Positions 51,831 through 64,000 of a stretch of 64,000 nucleotides of DNA are shown here, in pieces. Position 1 is the stretch's first letter; each line of letters begins with the position of its first letter. Made by a program: the position numbers and the translations under genes. This DNA comes from Felis catus (Eukaryota). The notes under the pieces were generated by a model. The model saw only the letters and a list, made by a program, of their open reading frames with translations. It searched no databases and was not told the origin of the DNA. The DNA lies in contig NC_058383.1 in NCBI RefSeq assembly GCF_018350175.1, positions 15,750,001 through 15,814,000 on the forward strand. The letters run 5' to 3'.

Positions 51831-51863
51831 CTGTGATAATATTCTTGTATAAACAAACTTCTT

Positions 51864-52080
51864 GGGGCGCCTGGGTGGCTCAGTTGGTTGGGCGGCTGAC
51901 TTCGGCTCAGGTCATGATCTCGTGGTCCGTGAGTTCAAGCCCCGCACTGGGCTCTGTGCTGACAGCTCAGAGCCTGGAGCCTGTTTCAGATTCTGTGTCT
52001 CCCTCTCTCTGCCCCTTCCCTGTTCATGCTCTGTCTCTCTCTGTCTCGAAAATAAATAAACGTTAAAAAAAAATAAAAAA
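51864..52080 (+). mobile_element. Can-SINE
   Basis: SINE consensus motifs. Confidence 0.9.
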
Positions 52081-53491
52081 AAACTATAAGACATTGATGA
52101 AAGAAACTGAAGACAACAGATGTAAAGATACAGCCATGCTCAGGGACTGGAAGAACTAATACTGTTCAAATGTCCATTCTACCTAAAGCAACCTACAGAT
52201 TTAATGCAATCCTTATCAAAATACTAATAATATTTTTCACAAAACTAGAACAATCTTAAAATTTGTATGGAACCACAAAAGACCCCAAAGAGCTAAAGCA
52301 GCCTTGAAGGAGAGGAACAAAGCTGGAGGTATCACAAATCTCAGATTTCAAGATATACTATAAGGCTATGCTAATAAGAACAGTATGGTACAGGCACAAA
52401 AACAGACACACAGATCAATGGAACAGGATAGAGAGCCCAGAAGTAAAACCATGCTTACATGGTCAATTAAACTATGACAAAGGAGGCAAGAATACAGTAG
52501 GGGGAAAAGACAGTGCCTTCAATAAACGGTGATGGGAAAACTGGACAGCTACCTGCAAAAGAATGAAACTGAATCACTTTCTTACACCATACACAAAAAT
52601 AAACTCAAAATAGATTAAAGACCTAAATGTGAGACCTGAAACCATAAAACTTCTAAAAGAAAAACAGGCATTTATCCTGTGGACATCAGCCTTAGCAACA
52701 ACATATTCATGGATATGTTTCTGTAGGTAAGAGAAACAAAAGCAAAAATAAACTGCTGGAATTACACCAAAATAAAAAGCTTTTACACAGCAAAGGAAAC
52801 CATCAACAAAATAAAAAGGTAATGCACTGAATGGAAGTAGATATTTTCAAATGATATATCTAATAAGGGATTAATACCCAAAATATAAAAGGAACATATA
52901 CAATGCAACACCAAAAAGAACAAACTATCACAAAATGGGCAGGGGACCTGAGTAGACATTTTTCCAAAGAAGATATACAGATGGCCACCAAACACATAAA
53001 AGATGCTCAACATCACTAATCATCAGAGAAATGCAAATTAAAGCCACAATGGGATATTACCTCACATCAATAAGAATGGCTATTCCAAAAAGACAAGAAA
53101 CAAGTGTTAGTGAGGATGTGGAGAAAAGGGAACCCTCATGCCCTATTACTGGGAATGTAAATAGATGCAACCACTGTGGAAAACAGAATGGAGGTTCCTC
53201 AAAAAAATTAAAAGTAGAATACCATATAAATCCAGTAATTCCACTACTGGGCATTTATCCAAAGAAAAGGAAAACATTAATTCAAAAAGATATATGCACC
53301 CCTATGTTTATTGTAGCATTATTTATAAGAGACAAAATATGAAAGCCACCTAAGAGTCCATCAACAGATGAATGGGAAAGATATATATACCACGTGTGTG
53401 CATATATATGTGTGTATGTATGTATATATGTGTGTGCACATACATGTTTGAATATATTTTTTAACTTTAAAAAAAGTTTATGCATTTTTTA

Positions 53492-53731
53492 AATTTTTTT
53501 TAACTTTTTATTCAGTTTTTGAGAGAAAGAGACAGAGTATGAATGGGGGAGGGGCAGAAAGAAAGGGAGACACAGAATCCAAAGCAGGCTCCAGGCCCCA
53601 AGCTGTCAGCTCAGAACCCGACGCGGGGCTCAAACTCATGAACGGTGAGATCATGACCTGAGCTGAAGTCAAACACTTAACCGACTGAGCCACCCAGGCG
53701 CCCCAAAATGTTTATGTATTTTAAGAAATAA

Positions 53732-53789
<58 letters not shown>

Positions 53790-53967
53790 TCTGTGTGTGT
53801 GTGTGAGCAGGGAAGGGACAGAGAGAGAGAGAAGGGGAGACAGAGAATCCTAAGCAGGCTTCATACTGTCAGCGCAGAGCCTGATGCAGAGCTCAAACTC
53901 ACAAACAGTAAGATCATGACCTGAGCCAAAATCAAGAGTCTGACACTTAAACCGACTGAGCCACCCC
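53492..53967 (-). mobile_element. Two tandem Can-SINEs (53492-53704 and 53708-53967)
   Basis: Two reverse-complement SINE heads. Confidence 0.87.
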
Positions 53968-53975
53968 TGTATGTA

Positions 53976-54006
<31 letters not shown>

Positions 54007-54035
54007 ATGTATGTATGTATGTATATATGTGTTAG

Positions 54036-54072
<37 letters not shown>
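53968..54072. repeat. Compound (TATG)n/(GT)n microsatellite
   Basis: Seen directly in the sequence. Confidence 0.93.
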
Positions 54073-54073
<1 letters not shown>

Positions 54074-54482
54074 TGGAATAGTCCTAAAATAGAATGAGAT
54101 CTTGCCATCTACAACAACGTGGATGGACCTAAAGGGTATTATGCTAAGTGAAATAAGTCAGAAGATAAATACCATAAAATTTCACTTATACATGGAATGT
54201 AAAAAAGTAATTGAACAAAAAACAAAAACAGGATCATAAATATAGAGAACAAACTGGTGGTTGCCAGAGAGGAGGGGGTTGGGAGATACGCAAAATAGGT
54301 GAAAGAAATTAAGAGGCAGAAACTTCCAGTTATAAAATAAATAAGTCACAGAGATAAAAAGTACAGCATACAGAATACAGTCAATAATATTGTAATAACA
54401 TTGTATGGGAATGGATGGTGATTGTAAGCATTATCATTGTAAATATTGAGTAATTCATAGAACTGTCAAATCACTATGTTGT

Positions 54483-54972
54483 GATAAAAACAGAGAGAGA
54501 GGGGCGCCTGGGTGGCTCAGTTGGTTAAGCGGCCAACTTCGGCTCAGGTCATGATCTCACACTCCGTGAGTTCGAGCCCCACATCGGGCTCTGTGCTGAC
54601 AGCTCAGAGCCTGGAGCCTGTTTCAGATTCTGTGTCTCCCTCTCTCTGACCCTCCCCCATTCATGCTCTGTCTCTCTCTGTCTCAAAAATAAACGTTAAA
54701 AAATAAATAAATAAAAAGTTAAAAAAAATAAATAAAATAAAAACAGAGAGAGAAAGAAACAAATCAAGAAACAGACTCTTAATTATAGAGAACAAACTGA
54801 TGGTTAGCAAGGGGGACATGGCTGGGGGATGGGTTAAATGGGTGATGGGGAGTAAGGAATTCATTTGTCCTGATGAGGACCAGGTGATATATAGATTGTT
54901 CAATCATTACACTGTACACCTGAAACTAATATAACACTGTGTGTTAACTAACTGGAATAAAAACTTTAAAAA
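54483..54972 (+). mobile_element. Very short L1 3'UTR insertion carrying a SINE
   Basis: TSD aaat(c/t)actatgttgt at 54468-54482 and 54973-54987. Confidence 0.8.
54501..54736 (+). mobile_element. Can-SINE
   Basis: TSD ataaaaacagagagaga at 54484-54500 and 54737-54753. Confidence 0.92.
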
Positions 54973-55043
54973 AAATTACTATGTTGTACATCTGAAACTA
55001 ATATAACATTGTTTGTCAACTATACTTCAATAATTAAAAAGGC

Positions 55044-55209
55044 GGGGGCACCAGGGTGGTTCAGTACGTTATGCAATTGATTCTTGATTTTGGCTCAGGT
55101 AATGATCTCATGGTTCATGAGATCGAGCCCCGTGTGAGGTTCCACGATCACAGCGAAGAGCGTGCTTGGGATTCTCTCTCTCCCTCTTTCTGCCCCTCCC
55201 CCACTTGAT

Positions 55210-55257
<48 letters not shown>

Positions 55258-55300
55258 ATAAATAAAAATAAAACATTAAAAAAAACAAAAACAAAAAAAG
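55044..55300 (+). mobile_element. Can-SINE
   Basis: SINE head, long (CT)n and A tail. Confidence 0.85.
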
Positions 55301-56149
55301 ACCACAGGCCTGTGGCACTCTTCATACACTGGCTCCTCCTCATCTTCCAACTTCACTTCCCAGCTCTCCTCCCATGCAGCCTGCCCCATTCAGGACCACT
55401 CTCACTCCACACAAAACACCTCCATACCTGCCCTCTACTCATCCTGCTGCCTCCTGGGTTATGCCCTATTCTCCCTTTTATACACACCTCCTCAGTGTTC
55501 TTTTCCTGTCTCCCTCGCCCCCAAAATAGATTGTTCCAACTTCTGTAACCTCAGGCACTTGGGAACAACATGTTGGTTTGCACACTCATGCACTGTATTG
55601 TGGTTAGTTTACCCTCAGTAGATTACAAGCTCCTTTAAAGTACAAATTAAAATACATCATCATGCAGTGAGTGCATAAATATCAGATAAAATATAAAGCA
55701 AAGAAAATACAGATGAATAATAAACACCTAGTGAAATCTTCTCAAATCTCCATAACATACCTTTAGAGTCATCTGAAACAAAGCAAATGTTCAACAAATG
55801 TCAAAAATGAAGCGAGGAGATACAAATAAACACAAACAAAGTAATCTGGAAGTCATAAAAAATTTTGCAATTTCAATCATTATCCCAACAGGACTTTTTA
55901 AACTGAATCTACAAAATTTATAGCACGTAGAAAAAATAGTTTTTCCAAGAGTTTGGGAAAGAACACACACAAATATTAAAGTATTAACAAAACTATTATA
56001 ACTGTTATGGTATTAAGATTCATTGGTGGAACAAAATTGAAAGCCCAGGGAAAAATAGCCTCAACTATGTACACAAATTTGATATGTTTCAAAAGCAAAC
56101 ATCACAGAACACTGACAATTGTTTAATTTATGTGCTGGGTTCCCTCATC

Positions 56150-56800
56150 CACATTCCCACACTCACCCTCCTTCATCTACAGCTATCCTCTACTTACATT
56201 CTGATGCCTCTCAACTCTATTTTCAACCAAGGCCTGCATCCCAAATCTCAACCTGATCATTCAAAGGCCAAGGCACAACTCAACTCTATCTAGATGTTCC
56301 ATTGGCAGTCAAATTTAAGAAGACCAAATGGAACACATCTTCCCTAGTAAATTTCTCCCCCTCTTCTATTTCTTCTACTGGTAAATGAGCCGCTTCCTCC
56401 TAGATGCCCAAGATAAGTATCTGGGAGCCTTTACGTAGTTTCTACCTTAACTTCTCCACGGTAACTTGTGAAGTCCTGTCAATTTTTCTCGCTTCGTGTC
56501 TCTTGAATCTATTCTCCCTCTCTCTTCTTCCCCTCCTGACATGGCTTTAATCCTCACCCTCATATTTTCTTACTTGCGTAACTCCATGGCCTAATAACTG
56601 ATACTCTCTGACCTTCAGTCAGTTCATTCAATATCCTGTTTCAGAAGTAATCTAAGATGCAAATATACTTATGATACTCCCCTACTTAAAACCTTTCAAG
56701 CCCTTTACTTCTCTCAAAACAAAATCCTCGCCATAACATATAAAATCCTTCCAGATCCAGTGCTTACCTGCCCCTAGCCTCTTCTTTCATCAATCCCAGG
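56150..56800 (+). mobile_element. L2 remnant
   Basis: Pyrimidine-rich L2 motifs (ctagatgttccattggc, cctaataactg, cccctacttaaaacctttcaa). Confidence 0.55.
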
Positions 56801-57363
56801 CTCCAACACCCCCCTACACACACACACTCACCCAGTTCTGCTTGCATCTCTTAACTAGGCTTATCAAAAAGAAAAGAGAATGAACCCAAATAAATAAAAC
56901 CACCATAAGGAAGGAGAAATAACAACCAACATCACATAAATACAAGCAATTATAAGAGAATATTATGAAAAACTATATGCCAATAAATTGGACAAACTGG
57001 AAGAAATGGGTAAATTCCTAGAAATATATAAACTACCAAAACTACCACAGGAAGAAATAGAAAAGTTGAGCAGACTGATAACCTGCAAAGAAATTCAATC
57101 AGTAATCAAAAAAATTCCCAAGAAACAGAAGTCCAGGGCAGCTTCACAGTGGAATTATACCAAACATTTAAAGAAAAATTCATACCTATTCTTCTCAAAC
57201 TATTAAAAAAAAGAAAAAGAAAGAAAGGAAAACTTCCAAACTCATTCTATGAGGGCAGCATTGCCCTGATACCAAAACCAGAGAAAGACTCCACTAAAGA
57301 GAACTACAAGCCAATATCCCTGATAAACATGGATGCAAAATTTTAATAAAATACTAGCAAACT

Positions 57364-57594
57364 GGGGTGCCTGGGTGGCTCAGTTGGTTGAGCGTCAGAC
57401 TCCGGCTCAGGTCATGATCTCACAGCTCGTGAGTTCGAGCCCCATGTCAGGCTCTGTGCTGACAGCTTGGAGCCTGCAGCCTGCTTCAGATTCTGTGCCT
57501 CCTCTCTCTCTGCCCCAACCCACTTGCATTCTGTCTCTGTTTCTCTCAAAAAATAAATAAACATAAAAATAATTTTTTTAATTAAAAATAAATA
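57364..57594 (+). mobile_element. Can-SINE within L1
   Basis: TSD aataaaatactagcaaac. Confidence 0.9.
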
Positions 57595-58639
57595 AATAAA
57601 ATACTAGCAAACCAAATCCAGTAATACATTTCAAAATAATTCACCACAATCAAGTAGGATTTACTCCTGGGTTGCAACACCAGTTCAATACTCACAAATT
57701 GATCAACATGACACATCGCATTAATAAAAAAAAGGATAAGAACCATATGATCATTTCAATAGATGCAGAAAAAAACATCTGACAAAGTACGATATCCATT
57801 CATGATAAACCCTCAACAAAGTAGGTTTAGAAGGAACATCCCTCAACATAACAAAGGGCATATATATATAAACCACTGATAATATCACCCTCAATGGAGA
57901 CCATAGAGCTTTTTATTTTTGTTGTACTGGCACATAAATAGACACATAGATCATTGGAACAGAATTGAAAACCCAAAAATGAATGCACAGCTATATGGTC
58001 AATTAATCTTCAACAAAGCAGGAAAGAATATCCAATAGGGAAAAAGACAGTTTCTTCAACAAACGGAGTTAGGAAAACTGGACAGCAACACGCAAAAGAT
58101 TGAAACTGGACCACTTTCTTATACCAAACACAAAAATAAAATCAAAATAGAGGAAAGACCTAAATGTAAGACTTGAAACCATAAAATCCTAGAGGAGAAC
58201 ATAGGCAGGAATCTCTTGGACATCAGCTGTAGCAACTTGTTTCTAGAGAGATCTGCTGAGGCAAGGGAAACAAAAGCAAAAATAAACTATTGGGACTTCA
58301 TCAAAATAAAAAGCTTCTGCAAAGTGAAGAAAATAGTCAACAAAACTAAAAGGCAACCTAAGGAACCAGAGAAGATATCTGCAAATGATATATCCAATAA
58401 TGGGTTAGTATCCGAAGTATATAAAGAATTTATAAAGCTTATAAAGCTCAATTTATTTTGGATACTTTATATCCAAAGTATATAAAGAATTTATAAACCC
58501 AAAAAATGAATAATTCAATTCAAAAATCAGGAGACATGAATAGTCATTTTTACAAAGAAGACATACAGATGGCCAGCAGACACATGAAAAGATGCTCAAC
58601 ATCACTCATCATCTGGGAAAATCAAATCAAAACTATACC

Positions 58640-58785
58640 TGGGCGCCTGGGTGGCTCAGTCAGTTAATCATCTGACTTCGGCTCAGGTCATGATCTCACG
58701 GTTCATGAGTTCAAGTACTGCATCGGGTGAGCTCCTCCCCACCTTCAGGAACTCTCTCAAATGAAACAACACAAAACAAAAAAAA
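58640..58785 (+). mobile_element. Short Can-SINE within L1
   Basis: SINE head and A tail. Confidence 0.75.
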
Positions 58786-59416
58786 CTACACTTCACACCT
58801 TTCAGCTAAAATCAACAACACAAGAAACAGCAGGTGTTTGTGACAATGTGGAGAAAGGGGAACCCTCTTGTACTATTGGTGGAAATGCAAACTTGCGTAG
58901 CCACTCTGGAAAACAGTATGGAGGTTCCTCAAAAAGATAAAAAACAAAACAAAAACAGAGCTACCCTACAATCCAGTAATCACAATACAAGGCAGTTACC
59001 CAAACAATACAAAAATACTAATTCAAAGGAATACACACACCCTGATGTTTACAGCAGCATTATCTACAATAACCAAATTATGGAAACAGTTCAAGTGACC
59101 ATCGACTGATGAATGGATAAAGATGTGGTATATCTATACAATGGAGTATTACTCAGCCATAAAAAAGAATGAAATCTTGCCATTTGCAATGACATGGATG
59201 GACGTAGACAGTATTATGCTAAGTGAAGTAAGTCAGAGAAAGCAAGAACCATATGATTTCACTCCTGTGTGGAATTTAAGAAACAAAACAAACAAGCAAA
59301 GGAAAAAAGAGAGAGAGAGGCAGACAAACCAAGAAAGAGACTCTTAACTATAGAGAGCAAACTGATGGTTACCAAAGGGGAAGTGGATGGGGGAATGGGT
59401 TAAGTAAGTGATGGGG

Positions 59417-59600
59417 AGGGGCACCTGGGTGGCTCAGTTGGTTGAGCATCTGACCTTGGCTCAGGCATGATCTCACGGTTTGTGAGTTCAAGCCCCACAT
59501 CGTGCTCACTGCTGTCAATGCAGAGCCTGCTTCAGATCCTCTGTCCCCCTCTCTCTCTGTCCTGCCCCCACTCATGCTTTCTCCCAAAAAATAAAAATAA
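59417..59600 (+). mobile_element. Can-SINE within the L1 3'UTR
   Basis: SINE consensus motifs. Confidence 0.85.
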
Positions 59601-61760
59601 ATAGGTGACGGGAATTACAGGGTGCACTTGTGATGAGCAATGGGTGTTGTATGGAAGTGGTGAGTCACTATATCATACACCTGAAACGAACAATACGTTG
59701 TATGTTAACTAACTGGAATTTGAATAAAAACTTTAAAAAAAAATCTTTCAAACATATGTTTCCTAAAAGATATACTTTAGTTTCAATGACCAAATGGGCT
59801 GAAAGCAAAAGGAGGGAAAAGATATACCATGCACCATAACCAAAAGTCTCTGGAGTAGCTAAACTAACATCACATGTGATGCACTTTAAGATAAAATTTG
59901 TTACTAGCAACAACAGGCACTTTATAAGACCTGATATCCATAAAGAAGTTACAATTATAAATACATATACACCTAAAAATAGAATTTCCAAACACAAGAG
60001 GCAAAAATTGATAGCACTGAAGGGAGAAACAGACAATTCAACAATATTTGGAGAATTCATTACACTATTTTTGATAATGGATAAAACAATCAGACGAAAG
60101 ATCAAGTAAAGAGATTTGCCAAGTAGACTCAGCAAACACCTACAAGACTGCAGGCTGCAACAGTAAGCAACAATACATACATAAATACATATGTATGTAT
60201 GTATTTACACACACACACATATCATTTTCATGTGCACATTCTCTAGGATAGGCCATGAAACAAATAATAAAAATCATACAAAGGATAAAAATCATACAAA
60301 GTATATTCTCCAACCACAATAGATTTAGAAAATACCATGAAAAAATATTTGAGAAATTTGCAAATATGTGAAAATTAGACAACACTCTCCTAAATAACCA
60401 ATGAGCCAAAGAAGAAATACCAAAGTAAGTTAGGAAATACTGAGATAAAAAACACAAAACTTATGGGATGTAGCAAAAGCACCAAGAGCTATGCGATAAG
60501 CAAAATTATAGCTGTAAATACCTATATTAAAAATAAATCTCAAATCAATATGTTGCACACCCTAAACTTACACAATGTCAATTATATGTAAATTTAAAAA
60601 ATAAAATCTTAAAAGTTTAAAACTTTAAAAGTTAAAAGGATCTCAAATCAACAACCTGTTAACCTTAAGAAACCAGAAAGTGAAGAGTAACTTAAATCCA
60701 AAGCCAGTAGACAGAAGGAATTAATTAGACTACAGTGAAACAAATACAATAGAGAACAAAGAATAAAGAAAATCAACAGAATAAAAAGTTGGTTCTTTGA
60801 AAAGATCAACAGAATTAATCATTTAGTTAGATTTAGCAAGAACAAAAAAGAAGACTCAAATTACTAAAATCAGTAATTACTACCAACCTTACATAAATAA
60901 AAAATATTCTAAAGAATTATACAGAATACTATAAACAATTGTAATCTAACAAATTAGGTAACTACATGAAGTAGACAAATTCCTTGAAGACACAAAGTAC
61001 TAAAATCAATTCACAAAGAAATTCTCTGAATCAAGCTGTAACAAGTAAAAAGATTTGAATTAGTAATCAAAGCTTTCCACAAAGAAAAGTCTAAGATCAA
61101 ATGACTTCACTAGTGGATACTACCAAACCTTAAGAATGAACACCAATCCTTAAAACTCTTCCAAAATATAGAAGAAATGCAAACACTTCCCAATTTATTC
61201 TATGAGGCCAGTTTTCCTTGATTCCAAAACTAAAGACACTACAAGAAAACTACAAAGATATATTTATCTATATACATGCAAAAACTGAGCCAAATGCCAA
61301 CAAACCAAATCCAGAAACATATATAAAGGATCACAAACCATGACCAAAGGTGGATTGTCCCAGTCATGTAAGATTGTTTCAACATATGAAAATCAAGTAA
61401 TGTCATACACCATATTAATAAAATAAATGACAAAAACCACACAATCATCTCAATAGGCACTGAAAAAGCACTTGACAAAATCCAACACTCTTTCATGCTA
61501 AACACAAGGAATAAGTCAGAAATAGAAGAGAACATCATCAACATGAAAAAGGACATCTAAGAACCCACAGCTAACTTCACACTTCATGATTACCCCCTAA
61601 GATCAGCAACAAGACTGGATGTCTGCTGTACAGCAGGTTCTAGCCAAGGCGATTAGGCAAGAAAAATAAATTTAAAAGCATCCAGATTAGAAGGAAGAAG
61701 TAAGACTATCTCTCATCAGAGATGACATATCATGTATATATAAAATCCTAATAACTCATT

Positions 61761-61935
61761 TGGGGTGCCTGGGTGACTCAGTTGGTTAAGCGTCCAACTC
61801 TTGATTTCAGCTCAGATCATGATCTTGTGCTTTGTGGGTTCAAGCCCTACATCGGGCTCTTTGCTGGCAGCATGGAGCCTGCTTGGGATTCTGTCTCCCT
61901 CTCTTTCTGCCCCTCCCCCCTCATGCATGCACATG

Positions 61936-61985
<50 letters not shown>

Positions 61986-62010
61986 CTCTCTCCCTCATAA
62001 ATATTTTTTA
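61761..62010 (+). mobile_element. Can-SINE
   Basis: TSD aaaatcctaata(a/c)ctcatt. Confidence 0.88.
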
Positions 62011-62110
62011 AAAAATCCTAATACCTCATTAAAAAAACTATCAGAACTGTTAAATGAGTTCAGGATGGTTGCAAGATACAGGACTAATGTACAGAACTCA
62101 ACTGTATTTC

Positions 62111-62125
62111 TTTGGGCAGGGGAGG

Positions 62126-62171
<46 letters not shown>

Positions 62172-62277
62172 CTTAAGCAGGCTTCACATCCAGCGTGGAG
62201 CCCATGACCCTGAGATCATGACCTGAGGCCAAAATTAAGAGTCAGATGGTCAACTGACTCAACCACTCAGGCACCCC
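62111..62277 (-). mobile_element. Can-SINE, truncated
   Basis: TSD ctcaactgtatttct. Confidence 0.85.
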
Positions 62278-62820
62278 TCAACTGTATTTCTATGTGTTAA
62301 CAATAACAATACAAAAATGGAATTAAGAAAACAATTCCATTTGCAATAGCATCAGAAGAATAAAATATTAAGTAACAAATTTTACCAAAAAATGCAAGAC
62401 TTGAACATGGAAAACTAGAAGAGATTATATATGTTATTGAAAGAAATTTAAGATCTAAATAAATGAAAACACATTTCATGTTCTTGGACTGGAAGGCTAA
62501 TACTGTTAAGATAGCAATATTCCTCAAATTGATCTACAGGTTCCATGCAATCCCTACCAAATTCCAACTGGGTAAGAGTGCCAAGACAATTAAAAGTGGG
62601 AAAGAATAGGTTTTTTTCAACACATGGTACTGAGATAACTGAATATCTATAAGCAAAAAGATAAAGTTAGACCCGTATCTCACACCATATACAAAATTCA
62701 CAAAAATAGAACACACACCTAAATGTAAGAGCTAAAACTATAACACTCTTGGAAGAAAACATAAGATTAAATTTTCATGACCTTGAATCAGGCAATGGTT
62801 TCTTAAATATGAAACCTAAA

Positions 62821-62935
62821 GGGTGCGCCTGGGTGGCTCAGTAGGTGGAGCATGCAACTCTTGATCTTGGGGTCATAAGGCCCACATTGGGCATGGAGCC
62901 TAACAACAAAACAAAACAAAACAAAAACCACAAGC
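62821..62935 (+). mobile_element. Short Can-SINE
   Basis: SINE head and (CAAAA)n tail. Confidence 0.75.
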
Positions 62936-63128
62936 AACAAAAAGAAAAATGATAAATTGAACTTCATCCAAATTAAACACCTTTGTGCTTCGAAGGGTAC
63001 CATCAAGAAAGTTAAATGACACCCAAAGAATGGGATATTTGTATTTGCAAATCATATAACTGATAAGTATCTAGAATTATAAAGAAATCCCACAACAATA
63101 AAAAGACTACTTAATTTTAAAATAGGCA

Positions 63129-63311
63129 GGGGCGCCTGGGTGGTGCAGTCGGTTAAGCGTCCGTGAGTTCGAGCCCCGCGTCGGGCTCTGGGCTGATGGC
63201 TCAGAGCCTGGAGCCTGTTTCCAATTCTGTGTCTCCCTCTCTCTCTGCCCCTCCCCCGTTCATGCTCTGTCTCTCTCTGTCCCAAAAATAAATAAACGTT
63301 GAAAAAAAAAA
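63129..63311 (+). mobile_element. Young SINEC_Fc-type SINE with a 30-nt internal deletion
   Basis: TSD tttaaaataggca at 63116-63128 and 63312-63324. Confidence 0.93.
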
Positions 63312-64000
63312 TTTAAAATAGGCAAAGGAATAGAGATTTCTCTAAATATATACAAATAGCCAGAAAGCACATGAAAAGATGCTCATCATCATTACCCATC
63401 ACGGAAATGCAACTGGAGCCCCAAAGTATTACTTCACCCATTAGGATGGCTATAATCAAAGAGTCCGGGAACAAGTGTTAAGGAGGACTTTGAGAAATTG
63501 GAACATTCATACATTGCTGGCAGAAATATGAAATGGGGCAGCCACTTTGGAAAACAGTCTGACAATTGCTCAAAATGTTACACTTAGAGTTCTAGAGTTA
63601 CCATATGACCCAGCAATTCATGTCCACACAAAAACTTATACAAAAATATTCATAGCAGCATTACTGATAAGAGCCAAAAGTGGAAACAATCTAAACACCT
63701 ATTAACTGATTAATGAATAAAAAATGGTATGTCCATAAAATGGAATATTATTCAGCAATAAAAAGAAACAAAATACCGGTACATTCTACAACATGGAAGA
63801 ACACTGTAAACCTTAAGCTAAGTGAACCAGTAACAAAAGAGTACATATTATATTTTTACATTTACATGAAATGTCTAGAATAGGCAAATCTACAGAGCCA
63901 GAAAATAGATCAGTAGTTTCTTAGAGACGGAGGGGATAATAAATGGGACAGTTGGGGGTGACAAGTAAGGAGTGCACAGTTTCTCTGTGGGGTAATGAAA

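Larger units (their letters stand above)
52080..55040 (+). mobile_element. Carnivore L1 (late ORF2 and 3'UTR) with nested SINEs, microsatellites and a short L1
   Basis: ORF2 homology at 52080-53380 and 3'UTR at 54070-55040. Confidence 0.85.
56855..59742 (+). mobile_element. Carnivore L1 ORF2 and 3' end, internally deleted, with three SINEs
   Basis: ORF2 homology ([35 protein letters not shown]). Jump near 57915 skips the RT core. Confidence 0.88.
59780..64000 (+). mobile_element. Old L1MB-type ORF2 (endonuclease to 3'UTR) with four SINE insertions
   Basis: EN-like EVTIINTYTPKNR...KGETDNSTIFGEF, followed by decayed RT and 3'UTR motifs. Confidence 0.8.

Noticed and set aside
51864..55040. SINE running directly into L1 as a chimera
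   Set aside because: I found no shared TSD around the pair, so it cannot be told apart from adjacency or deletion.

Overview
This is a mammalian, almost certainly felid, genomic window. The evidence is its tRNA-derived Can-SINE/SINEC_Fc elements and young feline-type L1. It lies inside the TPST1 (tyrosylprotein sulfotransferase 1) gene on the minus strand. The only host exon I can support is the 946-nt first coding exon (41776-40831: 101 nt of 5'UTR and 845 nt of CDS, with canonical AG/GT sites). The rest is intron dominated by transposable elements: a near-full-length young L1 (22322-27891), several truncated or old L1s, more than 30 SINEs, a degenerate ERV1-like provirus with a tRNA-Leu PBS, MER21/MLT LTRs, MER20/MER5A, MIR and L2. 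Almost every ORF in the supplied track is L1, SINE or microsatellite derived. The most unusual object is an RPS12 processed pseudogene inside a solo LTR. Its start-codon region has been replaced by a ~145-bp copy of DNA from 1.3 kb upstream. Other notable signals are a second local templated duplication, a short L1 3' transduction, two uORFs, circRNA-type architecture at the TPST1 exon, and a (UG)24 tract beside its donor site. I see no evidence of a wholly new multi-gene system. Repeat family names are from recognition by eye, and boundaries of old repeats are approximate.
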